NCBI GenBank assembly: GCA_963662795.1
Contig: OY759746.1
Span: 256,001 to 320,000, forward strand
Source: Spirochaetia bacterium
GTDB taxonomy: Bacteria > Spirochaetota > Spirochaetia > CADAEX01
Direction: 5' to 3'
DNA length: 64,000 nt
Each line of letters starts with the position of its first letter. Position 1 is the first letter of the stretch. The notes under the pieces were generated by a model. That model made no database searches. It was not told where the DNA came from and was given only the letters and a program-made list of their open reading frames with translations. Shown here piece by piece: positions 1 through 10,638 of this stretch. The position numbers and the translations under genes are program-made.

Positions 1-1280
1 TTGTCCAGGCACTTTATAATATAACAGACAGGGTTTTCGTAGGACGAAGCGTAGGGATTGACGGAATATCCGCACTTACAGCAAATTTCCCCATCATGCT
101 TGTGCTGATGGCTTTCGGCATGCTGTTCGGGATAGGAGGATCTGCGGCATTCTCAATATATCTTGGAGAAAAGAATACGGAAAAAGCTGAAAAGGTTATA
201 GCAGGGACACTGTTCATGCTTATTGCGGCAATACTTGCCCTTTCTGTAATCGGACAGATATTCGCGGTAAGAATACTGTCGCTTTTCGGCTCAAGCAGAC
301 AAATTCTTGATCTGTCACTCGATTACCTTAGAATTATCCTCGCAGGAGCTGTAATAAACTCATTTGCCCATGCCATGAACAATTTCATAAGGGCTCAGGG
401 CAGTCCGCGGACTGCAATGATCGCAATGATTGCAGGCGGTCTTACAAATATAGTACTCGACTATATTTTAATATTTATTTTCAACATGGGAGTAAAAGGC
501 GCAGCAATAGCAACTGTAATCAGCCAGGCATTGAGCGCTGTTATAGTTTTTTCATACCTTTTCGGAGAAAAAAGCTTTATAAAAATACATTCAAGAAACC
601 TCATTCCTGAAATTGCCATAGCCAAAAGGATACTATCCATTGGTTCCGCCCCCTTTGCGATGCAGCTTGCTTCAAGTCTCACCAATGGCCTGCTTAACAA
701 TCAGCTTCAGAGGTACGGAGGGGATGCAGCGCTTTCCATAATGGGGATGATATTTTCATTCATGACATTGCTCTTCATGCCTGTACTCGGGGTGAATCAG
801 GGCAGTATGCCGCTTATAGGATATAATTTCGGGGCAAAGCGGTATGACAGGGTCATAAGCACAGCGCTGACGGCAATTACAGCCTCGACAGTTATCATGA
901 CGGCAGGTTTTATTGCGACAAGGATATGGCCGCGGGAGATACTGCTGCTTTTCGGGAAAAACAGCGACAGGATTATGGATGACGGAATCACGGCAATAAG
1001 AATTTTCTTTTTCATGTCGCCCTTGATCGGATTTCAGATAGTCGCATCAGGTATGTTTCAGGCAATCGGAAGGCCCTCCCTTGCCCTCATCATGAGCCTT
1101 TCAAGACAGGTGCTTTTTCTGATACCGCTTATTTTTATTGTTCCGGTTTTTTTCGCTCTTGAAGGAATCTGGCTTGCATGCGCATCAGCAGATCTTCTCT
1201 CGGCAATTGTCACTGCCGCATTTTTCATCAGGGAGATTGCCGGTATGAAAAAGAAGCATGAACTGGCCTCTGCAGGCTGA
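1..1280 (+). CDS. MATE family efflux transporter (MepA-like), 5'-partial
   Basis: Frame is open from base 3 (VQALYNITDRVFVG...). Motifs NIVLDYILIF..MGVKGAAIAT and GYNFGAKRYDRV; many TM helices. Confidence 0.9.
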   Translation, partial: VQALYNITDRVFVGRSVGIDGISALTANFPIMLVLMAFGMLFGIGGSAAFSIYLGEKNTEKAEKVIAGTLFMLIAAILALSVIGQIFAVRILSLFGSSRQILDLSLDYLRIILAGAVINSFAHAMNNFIRAQGSPRTAMIAMIAGGLTNIVLDYILIFIFNMGVKGAAIATVISQALSAVIVFSYLFGEKSFIKIHSRNLIPEIAIAKRILSIGSAPFAMQLASSLTNGLLNNQLQRYGGDAALSIMGMIFSFMTLLFMPVLGVNQGSMPLIGYNFGAKRYDRVISTALTAITASTVIMTAGFIATRIWPREILLLFGKNSDRIMDDGITAIRIFFFMSPLIGFQIVASGMFQAIGRPSLALIMSLSRQVLFLIPLIFIVPVFFALEGIWLACASADLLSAIVTAAFFIREIAGMKKKHELASAG

Positions 1281-1337
1281 TTTTCAAACGTGACACAGTA
1301 TCCGGCGCTGGTTAAGGCTCCGGGTTAAAGTGCCGGG

Positions 1338-2732
1338 TTACTCCTGCGAAAGGGTAAAATCACCAGAGCCTGCGGCTGGGAGGATATCATCCTCATCAAG
1401 TGAGAATGAATCCGGAAGCCGCTTGTTTGTAGGGGCTCCAAGCTGTCTCAGGTTTTCAGAAAGTCTTACAAGATTACCCTTGCCTGTTGAAAGCTTATTT
1501 ACCGCCTTGTCATAACTCTTCCTGGCGTTATCAAGTCCTTTCCCCATGTCCTCAAGGTCAGTCACAAACCCGATAAATTTATCATAAAGAAGCCCGGCCC
1601 TCCGTGCTATCTCCCTTGCGTTCCTGCTCTGGTTCTCGTACTTCCAGATATTCTCTATAGTCCTCAAGGACGCGAGCAGAGTAGACGGGCTAACCATGAT
1701 AATATTTTTCTCAAAAGCTGCAGTAAAGATTGTGCTTTCCGCCTGGACCGCGGCAGAAAATGCCCCTTCAATCGGTACAAACATGAAAACAAAATCAAGT
1801 GAATTTATACCGAGGAGTTTATGGTAATCCTTGTCGCCCAGCCCCTTGATATGTGCTTTTATTGAAAGGACAAGATCCTTTTCCGCAGCAAGCTTTTCAA
1901 TATCAGTATCAGATGCGACAAGCCTTTCATAAGCTACAAGGGATACTTTTGAGTCAATTACAATATCCCTTCCCTCAGGCAGATGTACAATCACATCAGG
2001 CTGATACCTTTTGCCGTCAGGCGATTTCAGACTCTCCTGGACCTCAAACTCCCTTCCCCTGACAAGCCCGGACTTTTCAAGCACCTTTTCAAGAATCATC
2101 TCGCCCCAGGTCCCCTGTGTCTTAACCTCTCCCCTGAGCGCTTTTGTAAGGTTTTCCGCTTCTTCTGTTATCTGCTGGTTTAATTTGGCAAGCCCCTGTA
2201 TCTCTGTTTTAAGCGATGCCCGCTCTGACAGGTCCGCCTCCCTTGAGGTATCAAGCTGTTTTTTAAAATTCTCTATCTGCTCGCGGAAAGGACGGAGAAG
2301 CTGATCCAGCGCCGAACTTGTCTGGGAGGTAAAAACCTTGTTTCTGCTGTCAAATATATCGCCGGAAATCGCCTTGAACTGGGCGGTAAGCTCCTCTTTT
2401 GCGCTGTTTAAAAGGGCAATCTTCTCTTCATTCTGGCTGCGTTCTTTAAAGAGTGTTGTCTCTGAAACAGAAAGCCTCTCCTGCAGGGAGGATAACCGCT
2501 CGGTAAGCACGTCAATTTTTCTGTTCTTTTCATCAAGATCTTTTCTGTACTCAAGAGCCCTTTCATCAAGTCCCTTTATCCTCTCTGCAAGGGCCGCATT
2601 CTCCTTTCCGGCTTCTGCCGCGCCTGATTCCCATGCACGGGCAATATTACCCCTTAGTATAATAAACGCGGTAAAACCGCCGAGAAATATACCGCTTAAA
2701 ACCGCTGCCGCAAGAATAAAAGAATCTCCCAT
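1338..2732 (-). CDS. rmuC: DNA recombination protein RmuC
   Basis: N-terminal TM plus coiled coil; motifs GTWGEMILE, QPDVIVHLP, IVIDSKVSL, DFVFMFVPIE, SPSTLLASL; SD GGAGGAG. Confidence 0.93.
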   Translation of the reverse strand: MGDSFILAAAVLSGIFLGGFTAFIILRGNIARAWESGAAEAGKENAALAERIKGLDERALEYRKDLDEKNRKIDVLTERLSSLQERLSVSETTLFKERSQNEEKIALLNSAKEELTAQFKAISGDIFDSRNKVFTSQTSSALDQLLRPFREQIENFKKQLDTSREADLSERASLKTEIQGLAKLNQQITEEAENLTKALRGEVKTQGTWGEMILEKVLEKSGLVRGREFEVQESLKSPDGKRYQPDVIVHLPEGRDIVIDSKVSLVAYERLVASDTDIEKLAAEKDLVLSIKAHIKGLGDKDYHKLLGINSLDFVFMFVPIEGAFSAAVQAESTIFTAAFEKNIIMVSPSTLLASLRTIENIWKYENQSRNAREIARRAGLLYDKFIGFVTDLEDMGKGLDNARKSYDKAVNKLSTGKGNLVRLSENLRQLGAPTNKRLPDSFSLDEDDILPAAGSGDFTLSQE

Positions 2733-3066
2733 AAACTCCTCCCGTAATATCAGCCGCTATCCTCAAGGTGAATCTGTCCGCAGTGCCGGGAGACTTCCGG
2801 CTGTCAGCCGGCTGCACTTCTGCAATTACTCTGACCGCATATCAACCTCACGTTACCCCAGCCGCACACCAGCTGTATCCCAATCATACCTCAAAAATCC
2901 TGCAGCAGAAAGCCGTATTTTCATTTTTCCGTCAGGCTGCTTAAGGCGAAAGTATATGATAATTTTCAAGTCAGCATTGTTAAAAACAGTATAACCGGCT
3001 AAGTTAATTCATTCCTTCCCGGATTGAGTGTATTTTTTTTTTAACATATCTTTTATTCAGTAAAAA

Positions 3067-3969
3067 TTAACGGCTGAAAGCTTTCCGGAGAGCTGCAATA
3101 TCAAACTTTTTCATTTTCAGAAAAGCTTCAGTCAGATTTCTTATCTGCTTGTCGGTGCCCGAATTCATCATCTCATCCATAATGCGGGGAACAATCTGCC
3201 AGGATATTCCGTACTGGTCTTTTACCCAGCCGCATTGTTCAGAATCTGGAACTTTCGAGAGCTTTTCCCAGTAATAATCAATTTCTTCCTGAGTATTACA
3301 GTAAATTATAAGTGACTGCATCTCGTTAAAGAAAAAGTCATGATCCCCGGCACTTTCCATAACAACAAATTCCCTGCCGGCAAGGGTAAATCTTGCATAG
3401 TTTATGTTTCCTTCCCTTTCGGGGGCCTCTCCAGCCCCGTAACGTGAAAGATGCCCCGGCAGCAGAGCCGCATTTTTATTTATTGAAATATAATATTCCA
3501 TTGCCTCTTCTGCCCTGCCGCAGACATCTCCGGTAAACATAAGAGCAGGTGTCAGGCTCTGGACCTGCATGCCGCCGTTATGCATTATCTGCCAGGATAC
3601 CCCGTATTTATCTTTGAGCCACCCGTACCGCAGGCTGAAGTCATATCTATTAAGCGGCATCAGTACATCGCCGCCTTCAGACAGCTTATTCCACAGCCCG
3701 TCAACCTCTTCAGCTGTTGAGCATGCAATCATATATGAAAATGAAGGATTCCTGTCAAAGAGTTTTCCCGCGCTTATAAACTGGAAATTCTGACCCCACA
3801 GAGTGAGAGTTACAATATCAGCATCGCCGGACGGGGTGTCATGCAGGATGACGTTATTGTGTATCCTTGAGTCCCTGAAAATACTCACATACCAGAGTGC
3901 CGCTTCAAGCGCTTCTTTCTCAAACCAGATGTGAGGTATTATTTTTTGAAATTCAAATAAATTAACCAT
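3067..3969 (-). CDS. VOC/PhnB-like protein (tandem 3-demethylubiquinone-9 3-methyltransferase-like domains)
   Basis: Two repeats ending YGWLKDKYGVSWQ and CGWVKDQYGISWQ; C-terminal MKKFDIAAL; SD AGGAG before ATG at 3969. Confidence 0.85.
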   Translation of the reverse strand: MVNLFEFQKIIPHIWFEKEALEAALWYVSIFRDSRIHNNVILHDTPSGDADIVTLTLWGQNFQFISAGKLFDRNPSFSYMIACSTAEEVDGLWNKLSEGGDVLMPLNRYDFSLRYGWLKDKYGVSWQIMHNGGMQVQSLTPALMFTGDVCGRAEEAMEYYISINKNAALLPGHLSRYGAGEAPEREGNINYARFTLAGREFVVMESAGDHDFFFNEMQSLIIYCNTQEEIDYYWEKLSKVPDSEQCGWVKDQYGISWQIVPRIMDEMMNSGTDKQIRNLTEAFLKMKKFDIAALRKAFSR

Positions 3970-4248
3970 TTTAATCTCCTGTTTAGAGGTTCTCTTCCGC
4001 ACTATTGCAGAATATTGAATATATTACACAGTTCTCATCCGTATATTTTCAAATACTATATATAATAATACATATAGATTCTTACAGCAAATAATTCCAA
4101 AGGTCTTACTAAAATTATATCCCTGCAAAACAACCCGCTTTTCTTTTATGCCGTAAATTTTAATATCAGGTTTTTATAATTTAAATGGATTTTTTTGCAA
4201 ACACAAAAAGCATCTTCTATAATTTACATTATGATGAAAGTATTAGGC

Positions 4249-4977
4249 ATGTTAGATCAGATAAAAATTAATCCTGATTATAATCGTATTATAAAATACG
4301 CACGATCCAAAAACGAACTTGCTTTCCTGCTTGTAAGCGAAAAGGATGCCAAATGCCTTGTAATGGAGTACGCCGATATTTCTCAATCAGATAAGGAATT
4401 CATAAACTCTGTCAGACAAAATTTTACCAGGGTCGACACTGCGGTTGTATCTCCATCTGTTTATGAAAGTTCATTTAATATAATTCAGGATACCGGCTCA
4501 TTTAAATTTATCCCGATTGACGGCAGCGATATTGATACTTCAATCGAAAATTTTATAACCGCCTCAAAAAGCGAAAACAAGAGAGGCAGCAACAGATTCT
4601 GCTGGCCTCTTACTGCCGGGTTTTCAATTGATAACGGTGAAGTAAGCAAGCTGGATATTTACTCTATCAGCTCCGGCGGCGCATACCTTGAGAGTGCAAA
4701 ACTTATTCCTCCTGCGGGAAAAGAGGCATTTCTGAAGATAAACTTTAAGAACTCGCAAATAGAAACAAAATGCGTTATCAATGATTATTACTCAAGGTCA
4801 AGCAAGTATCCCTTCGGGTTCAGCGTATCTTTTACATCGCTTTCCGATCAGGCAAAACTCACTCTTGACCGGATGGTTGATGACGCTATAATCAGGATAC
4901 TTCTCGATCCCCATACTGAACCGGATATACCGTCTCTTGATTCTGACATGCTTACCATTGATTCTTTTTCTCTCTGA
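4249..4977 (+). CDS. PilZ-domain protein
   Basis: KRGSNRF (RxxxR) followed by SISSGGA (degenerate D/NxSxxG) and FGFSVSF; start position uncertain. Confidence 0.65.
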   Translation: MLDQIKINPDYNRIIKYARSKNELAFLLVSEKDAKCLVMEYADISQSDKEFINSVRQNFTRVDTAVVSPSVYESSFNIIQDTGSFKFIPIDGSDIDTSIENFITASKSENKRGSNRFCWPLTAGFSIDNGEVSKLDIYSISSGGAYLESAKLIPPAGKEAFLKINFKNSQIETKCVINDYYSRSSKYPFGFSVSFTSLSDQAKLTLDRMVDDAIIRILLDPHTEPDIPSLDSDMLTIDSFSL

Positions 4978-5006
4978 AAGTGCAGCCAGCTGCCTGACGC
5001 CGGACT

Positions 5007-6173
5007 TTAGTCTGTTTCTTTTCTTTTTTCCTTAAGAAGGGCGGCAAAAGGATTATAGCTGCCGGAATCCTCTTCCATATACTTTTTATAATCCTTATTA
5101 TCAGGATTATTTGAAGCCGGTTTAAGTGATATTCTTTTTTTCCCGGTGTCGATACTGTTAATCTGAACAGTAACGCTGTCCCCTTTCTTCAGGACTTTTC
5201 CGGAAGGATTATCCCGTGTGTCGCTTTCGAGGTCGGAGATGTGGATAAGGCCGTCAAGTCCCGGTTCGAGCGAAACAAAAGCCCCGAAGTTTGTAATCCG
5301 GACAACTTCGCCGGTGTGCCTGGTTCCTGTTTTATATTTTTTTTCAGCTTCATCCCATGGATCAGACAATAATTTTTTCATACTCAGACTGATCCGTTCA
5401 TTTTTCCAGTCAAGTTTAATAATTTCAGCCTCAATTTCCTCACCGACTGTCAGTGATTTTTGTATATCCTCAACACGGCTTCTGCTGATTTCAGAAATAG
5501 GAAGAAGTGCCTGGACACCGTCTATATCAACAAAAGCGCCGAAGTTCTGAAGTGATATGACTTTCCCCCTGACAATCATGTTTTCATATAATTTCTCTTT
5601 AAGAATTTCCACTTTATTCTTTTTATCTTCTTCCAGTATTGCCCTGCTGGAAACAAGTATATTTCGTCCATTTTCACCGTATTCCATAATTTTAAATGTA
5701 AAATGTTTTCCAATATACTGATCAGGATTTTCAGCGCGTTTCTCTCCCATCTGGGAAAACGGGCAGAATGCCCTTGAATCCCCTATTTTTATCTCATAAC
5801 CGCCTTTAATCTCTTTTTCAACTGTACCCTCCACAGGAATACTGTTTTCAAAAGCATTAGCAAGGACATCCTTTCCGGCTTTGTCGCCGCTGATCCTGGT
5901 TGTAAAATGCATTTCCCCGTTTTTTGCATAAAGGAAAAACGCTTTTATCTTATCCCCCTCTTTTACAGTAATATTGCCGTCTTTATCTACAAATTCCGCT
6001 GTATCAAGCAGGCCTTCACTCTTGCCGCTTAATTGCAGGAAAACACAGTCTCCCGAAACAGAAACAACTTCGGCTTCTATTATTTGTCCCGGCTTCAGCG
6101 TTGTTATGCCGGAAAAGCTTTTTTCCAGAAGTTCTTTGAAATTTTCTTCTTTTTCGTCAAAATCTTTATTCAT
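5007..6173 (-). CDS. Short ribosomal protein S1-like protein (4 S1 domains)
   Basis: Repeated S1 motifs NFGAFVDI..G, NFGAFVSLEPGLDGLIHISDL and RISLS; C-terminal NPFAALL. Confidence 0.85.
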   Translation of the reverse strand: MNKDFDEKEENFKELLEKSFSGITTLKPGQIIEAEVVSVSGDCVFLQLSGKSEGLLDTAEFVDKDGNITVKEGDKIKAFFLYAKNGEMHFTTRISGDKAGKDVLANAFENSIPVEGTVEKEIKGGYEIKIGDSRAFCPFSQMGEKRAENPDQYIGKHFTFKIMEYGENGRNILVSSRAILEEDKKNKVEILKEKLYENMIVRGKVISLQNFGAFVDIDGVQALLPISEISRSRVEDIQKSLTVGEEIEAEIIKLDWKNERISLSMKKLLSDPWDEAEKKYKTGTRHTGEVVRITNFGAFVSLEPGLDGLIHISDLESDTRDNPSGKVLKKGDSVTVQINSIDTGKKRISLKPASNNPDNKDYKKYMEEDSGSYNPFAALLKEKRKETD

Positions 6174-6379
6174 TATTTCTTTACTCCAGAATTAAATATA
6201 TCCGCAAATTATTAATTACATTAAACAATATATAGAGCATAAATAGCAATATTTGTTAATGTGACTTATCAGGATTTATGTAATAATTTGGAATCTATAT
6301 TTTCGTCAATAATCATGCGGCATCAGGTCACTGCCGACAGTTCCGTTCCCGGAATAAACAAAACCTTTAGATTTCATAC

Positions 6380-6889
6380 TTATTTTTTAATTATATCAAA
6401 TACTCCCTTAACAACGTCAATAATTGAATAAACCGTCATGATAAATGCTGAAATCGGCATGCAGGAATAAAGAACTGCTTTTGGCATTCCGATTACCGGT
6501 GTAAATTCGTGGGATTTAAGTGTAATTTCCAGGGCATAAATAAGGAAAATAAAAATAAATGTGAAACAGGCCGTACTTATAAAAAACCTGTAGATGGCTT
6601 TTAGCCGGTTGCTTTTAGCATATTTTGATATCCAGTCGCCGATACTGAAATGAGCTTTTCCGATCCAGACTATCGCTGATCCGTAAAAAACAAGGGATGC
6701 GTAAAGCATTTCCACAACTTCGTCAAACCAGTGCAGGGATATGACAGGCACAAAACGGACAAAAACGTTAGCCGTTAGTATAACAGTAAGCGCTGTAAAA
6801 AGAATTATTGTGAACCATTTCAATGCAGATTTAATAATGCGGTCCATGGAACTAAAAATACTGCCAGCTATCTTTCCGGTACGCGTCAT
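6380..6889 (-). CDS. TRAP transporter small permease (DctQ family)
   Basis: Four TM helices, NVFVRF..HWFDEV, HFSIG; adjacent to DctM and DctP. Confidence 0.85.
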   Translation of the reverse strand: MTRTGKIAGSIFSSMDRIIKSALKWFTIILFTALTVILTANVFVRFVPVISLHWFDEVVEMLYASLVFYGSAIVWIGKAHFSIGDWISKYAKSNRLKAIYRFFISTACFTFIFIFLIYALEITLKSHEFTPVIGMPKAVLYSCMPISAFIMTVYSIIDVVKGVFDIIKK

Positions 6890-8175
6890 TTTACATCTCC
6901 CATAACAAGGTTTGGCAGAAATGTTGATATTTCAGGGATAAATGCTATAAAAAGTGTTACAATCAGTATTCCAAAGATATAGATCCACGATTCCCTGGCT
7001 AGAACCCATACACCGACTTTACTGAAACTGGATACAGCAAAGAGGCACATTCCTACCGGGGGAGTAAGATTGCCTATCATAATAAGCAATGTCATGACAA
7101 CACCGAGATTGACCAGGTCGAGACCGAATCCGAGAGCGATAGGAAGAAAAATTGGAATTGTAATAATAAAAATAGCGTTCCCCTCCATAAATAAACCGAG
7201 GATAAATACTACTGTGATAATAAGAATCATTACCTGGGTAGATGACGCGCTCATACCGGTAAGAACCGCAATAATATTATCAGGTATTTTTTTATAAATA
7301 GTAAGCCAACCGAAGAAATTCGCGGCAGCCATGATAAAAAGAAGTGATACTGTCTGTTTTATTGACTGATAAAGAATTTCCGGAATATCTTTTAATTTAA
7401 GATCCTTATAGAAAAAACCCAGAAGCAGAGCATAAAGACAGACAACAACAGAGGCCTCTGTCGGAGTGAAAATACCTGATAAAATCCCCCCGATAATAAT
7501 AACCGGGGCAAGCAGAGGAAGGAAAGCTTCACGGAAACTCATTATTACTTCCCTTAACCCGGCTTTTTCAAAACTCGGAAATTTACGCGGTCCCGACATT
7601 ATGCCGACCGCAGCCATCAGGGCCAGTCCCATTAGAATGCCCGGGACAAATCCGGCAAGAAAAAGCCGTGCTACTGACACTGTTGTCAATGCACCGTAAA
7701 GAACAAATGGGATACTAGGCGGTATAATCGGTCCTATTGTTGACGCAGATGCAACAATAGCGGCGGAAACTTCAGGCTTGTATCCGTTGTCAACCATCGC
7801 TTTATGCTGGATCTGACCAAGTCCTGCTGCATCGGCGACGGCAGAACCCGACATACCGGAAAAAATCATGCTTGATATGACTGAAACCTGTCCAAGTCCT
7901 CCCGGTACATGACCTACAATCGCCCGCGCAAAACGGAAAATCCTGTTGGTTATTCCGCCTGTGTTCATGAGATTACCTGCAAGAATAAAAAAAGGTACCG
8001 CGAGAAGAGTAAAACCGGTCGTTCCTGCATACATCCGCTGGGCAAGCATTGAAAGAAAATTGCCCTCGCCAAGCGCTATGAAAAAACCGATGGCAGTCAG
8101 ACCCATGGCTACAGCTATCGGAAGATTTAGAATTATCAGGATCAGCAGAACTATGAAAATTGATATAGTCAGCAT
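6886..8175 (-). CDS. TRAP transporter large permease (DctM family)
   Basis: LLAVPFFILAGNLM, SGSAVADAA, IIPPSIP, TPTEAS, LTPPVG. Confidence 0.95.
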   Translation of the reverse strand: MLTISIFIVLLILIILNLPIAVAMGLTAIGFFIALGEGNFLSMLAQRMYAGTTGFTLLAVPFFILAGNLMNTGGITNRIFRFARAIVGHVPGGLGQVSVISSMIFSGMSGSAVADAAGLGQIQHKAMVDNGYKPEVSAAIVASASTIGPIIPPSIPFVLYGALTTVSVARLFLAGFVPGILMGLALMAAVGIMSGPRKFPSFEKAGLREVIMSFREAFLPLLAPVIIIGGILSGIFTPTEASVVVCLYALLLGFFYKDLKLKDIPEILYQSIKQTVSLLFIMAAANFFGWLTIYKKIPDNIIAVLTGMSASSTQVMILIITVVFILGLFMEGNAIFIITIPIFLPIALGFGLDLVNLGVVMTLLIMIGNLTPPVGMCLFAVSSFSKVGVWVLARESWIYIFGILIVTLFIAFIPEISTFLPNLVMGDVK

Positions 8176-8216
8176 AAATTACTCCTAAAAAATTGTATCA
8201 TGAAACTGCTGAAAGT

Positions 8217-8242
8217 ACGGTGCGGTTTTCCGGCCGCACCGT
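8217..8242 (-). other. GC-rich stem-loop between dctP and dctM (probable mRNA-stabilising or attenuating hairpin)
   Basis: ACGGTGCGG-N8-CCGCACCGT perfect 9-bp inverted repeat just after the dctP stop. Confidence 0.6.
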
Positions 8243-8257
8243 TATTCTGATATTCAG

Positions 8258-9268
8258 TTACTTATTTTTTGCAAGCATTTCCATGAATTTATCATAATCA
8301 GCCTGTCCCACCTTTGCCTTGAGTTTCTCATAAGCCGGGCCCATGGCTGCCTTGAAAGGTTCAAGATCAGGATAGGACACTTCCATACCGAGTTTTTTAA
8401 GCTCTTCAATCTGTCCTGCTTCCTGGTCGCGCACAGTCTTTCTCATGAAAGCGGATGCTTTCAGGGATTCTTCCTTAATTATATCCTGATATTTTTTAGG
8501 CAGGCTGTCATAGGTTTTCTTATTCATTACATGCGTCATCGAGGCATAGGTATAATTGAGAATCGACAGGTACTTCTGCGATTCATATATCTTGTTTGAG
8601 TATATTACTCCGATCGGGTTTTCCTGGCCATCTACTACTCCGGTTTTCAGAGCCATAAGCAGTTCAGTAAAGGAAATGGTCTGAACAATTCCCCCAAGCG
8701 CTTCAACTGTAGCCTGGTTAACAAAATCAGGAGGAGTACGTATTTTTAGACCTTTGAAATCCTCGGGTTTCAATAATGGTCTTTTAGAGTTGGTAAAGGT
8801 TCTGAATCCCCATTCCCAGTTTGAAAGGTGTACAAGCCCGGCTTTTTCAAGATCCGGCTGAACCCATTTTATGAAGTCACCGTCAAGAAATTTATCCGCG
8901 GCCTTATAATCCCTGAACGCAAATGGCATGCCTACCAGATCAAACTTTTTTACATATTTTGCCAGTGCCGCCTGTGTCGGCAGAGTCATATCCACAACCC
9001 CGAGAGTAACCTGCTCAAGAACCTCCGGCGGAGCCCCAAGCGCGTTGTTCGGAAAAACAGTGACTTTAACCTTTCCCCCTGTCCTTTCCTCGACGGCCTT
9101 TGCAAACATCAGAGAAGCGGCCTGGCTGGGATGATTTTCCGCACCGTAATGTCCAAGCTTTATCTCAATAGTTTTCTCCGGATCCGCTGCCTTTTCCTTG
9201 CCTCCGGCAGCGAAAACCAGACTTCCGACAAGAAATATAACCAAAACCAGTAATGCGCATTTTTTCAT
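8258..9268 (-). CDS. TRAP substrate-binding protein (DctP family)
   Basis: Signal peptide ending AAGGKE; WGFR, DFKGLKIR, ALKTGVVDGQENP. Confidence 0.95.
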   Translation of the reverse strand: MKKCALLVLVIFLVGSLVFAAGGKEKAADPEKTIEIKLGHYGAENHPSQAASLMFAKAVEERTGGKVKVTVFPNNALGAPPEVLEQVTLGVVDMTLPTQAALAKYVKKFDLVGMPFAFRDYKAADKFLDGDFIKWVQPDLEKAGLVHLSNWEWGFRTFTNSKRPLLKPEDFKGLKIRTPPDFVNQATVEALGGIVQTISFTELLMALKTGVVDGQENPIGVIYSNKIYESQKYLSILNYTYASMTHVMNKKTYDSLPKKYQDIIKEESLKASAFMRKTVRDQEAGQIEELKKLGMEVSYPDLEPFKAAMGPAYEKLKAKVGQADYDKFMEMLAKNK

Positions 9269-9484
9269 TTTGCGCCTCCTTTATAAAACATAAAATTGTT
9301 AAAGCGGAGCAGCCGCATACCGCGGCAGCTTATACCCCGGAATTTAACCGCGGGTGATCCGCCGTCTAATACAATTGAACGCAATACGGTAGTAAATAAT
9401 ATCCGGTACATCAGCTTACAGACAGAAAGTTACCGGAAAAATAACCGTTTTCACTATGGCACCCAGTACTTTTCAGCCTTATTA

Positions 9485-9600
9485 TTTCATATTATAAAAC
9501 ATCGTTCCCATATAATGGCAAATAAAAGTTTTTGTTTCATATTGCAAAACTTCTGTCCATGTTATGAAATAATATTAGCATAGTTGTTTCCTGCTGTCAA
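9485..9600 (-). promoter_or_regulatory. Sigma70 promoter of the TRAP operon with four putative IclR boxes
   Basis: TTGACA (9600-9595), 17-nt spacer, TAATAT (9577-9572). Imperfect palindromes resembling TTTCATAWTRYGAAA at 9485, 9506, 9535 and 9555. Confidence 0.6.
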
Positions 9601-9692
9601 ATTAAAAAAAGGCAGCCCTGTTTATTGAATTAAGTATTATTACTATTATGCTATATTGGCAAAATCATATAAGCAGGCTACTATTAGCTTAA

Positions 9693-10457
9693 ATGACTGT
9701 ACAATCGATAGAAAGAGTATTTGATATAATTGAACTTCTGTCCCAGGAACACAAAGGATTGCAGCTGACTGAAATAAGCCGTCGTCTTGATCTGCATAAA
9801 AGCACTGTTTACAGACTTATGGCAGTATTAAGAAAAAGGGGATATATTGAAAAAAGTGAGTACAATCTTTACCGCATAGGCATTCAATTTATTGAATTAT
9901 CAAGTATTTACCTGAATAATGTTGAGTTAAAAACCGAAGCCGAACCATTTTTACGGAAATTATCCATGGAAACATCACAGACTGTATTTCTTGCAATGAT
10001 CCAGGAAGGAGAAGTTATATACCTGGATAAATTTGAACAGTTTAACAGTATCCGCAAGTATTCAATTATCGGCAGAAGAAGACCGGCTTATTGTACTTCA
10101 CTTGGAAAAGCAATGCTGATGGATAAAAGCGCCGAAGAAATAGAAAAAATATTTTCTAATATCCCGCTTAAGAAGTATACGGAAAACACAAAAACCGATC
10201 TGCCTTCCCTGCTTGAAGATTTAAATGAATCACAATTAAGAGGATGGAGTTTCGACAATGAGGAATATGATTACGGAGAAAATTGTCTGGGAGCGCCGCT
10301 TTATGATTATCGAGGGGCCGCAATAGCAGCCATCAGCGTTGCCTGGAGAAAAGAAAGCAATATCAAACCAGAAGAAGTCTGTAATCAGGTTACGCAAACA
10401 GCGAAAGAGATATCCAAAAGGCTTGGATATACAGGAAAGAAAAAAAATCAATCCTAA
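9693..10457 (+). CDS. IclR family transcriptional regulator
   Basis: VQSIERVFDIIE, HKSTVYRL HTH, CTSLGKAML, DNEEYDYG..CLGAPL. Confidence 0.95.
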   Translation: MTVQSIERVFDIIELLSQEHKGLQLTEISRRLDLHKSTVYRLMAVLRKRGYIEKSEYNLYRIGIQFIELSSIYLNNVELKTEAEPFLRKLSMETSQTVFLAMIQEGEVIYLDKFEQFNSIRKYSIIGRRRPAYCTSLGKAMLMDKSAEEIEKIFSNIPLKKYTENTKTDLPSLLEDLNESQLRGWSFDNEEYDYGENCLGAPLYDYRGAAIAAISVAWRKESNIKPEEVCNQVTQTAKEISKRLGYTGKKKNQS

Positions 10458-10638
10458 GCAGACTTATTGTCAGCAGAAATTACTATCCCTGTCGACTTTG
10501 AACTTTTATTTTTTCTCTATCACTCATTCTATAGCTTCTCAGACTTTTTAAAAACCCCAAACTTTTCGGTTTACTGATATTTATGAATTGGTTTCCTTAT
10601 CCGGTATACAACAGTTACAGGATCCGATGTATTCAATA

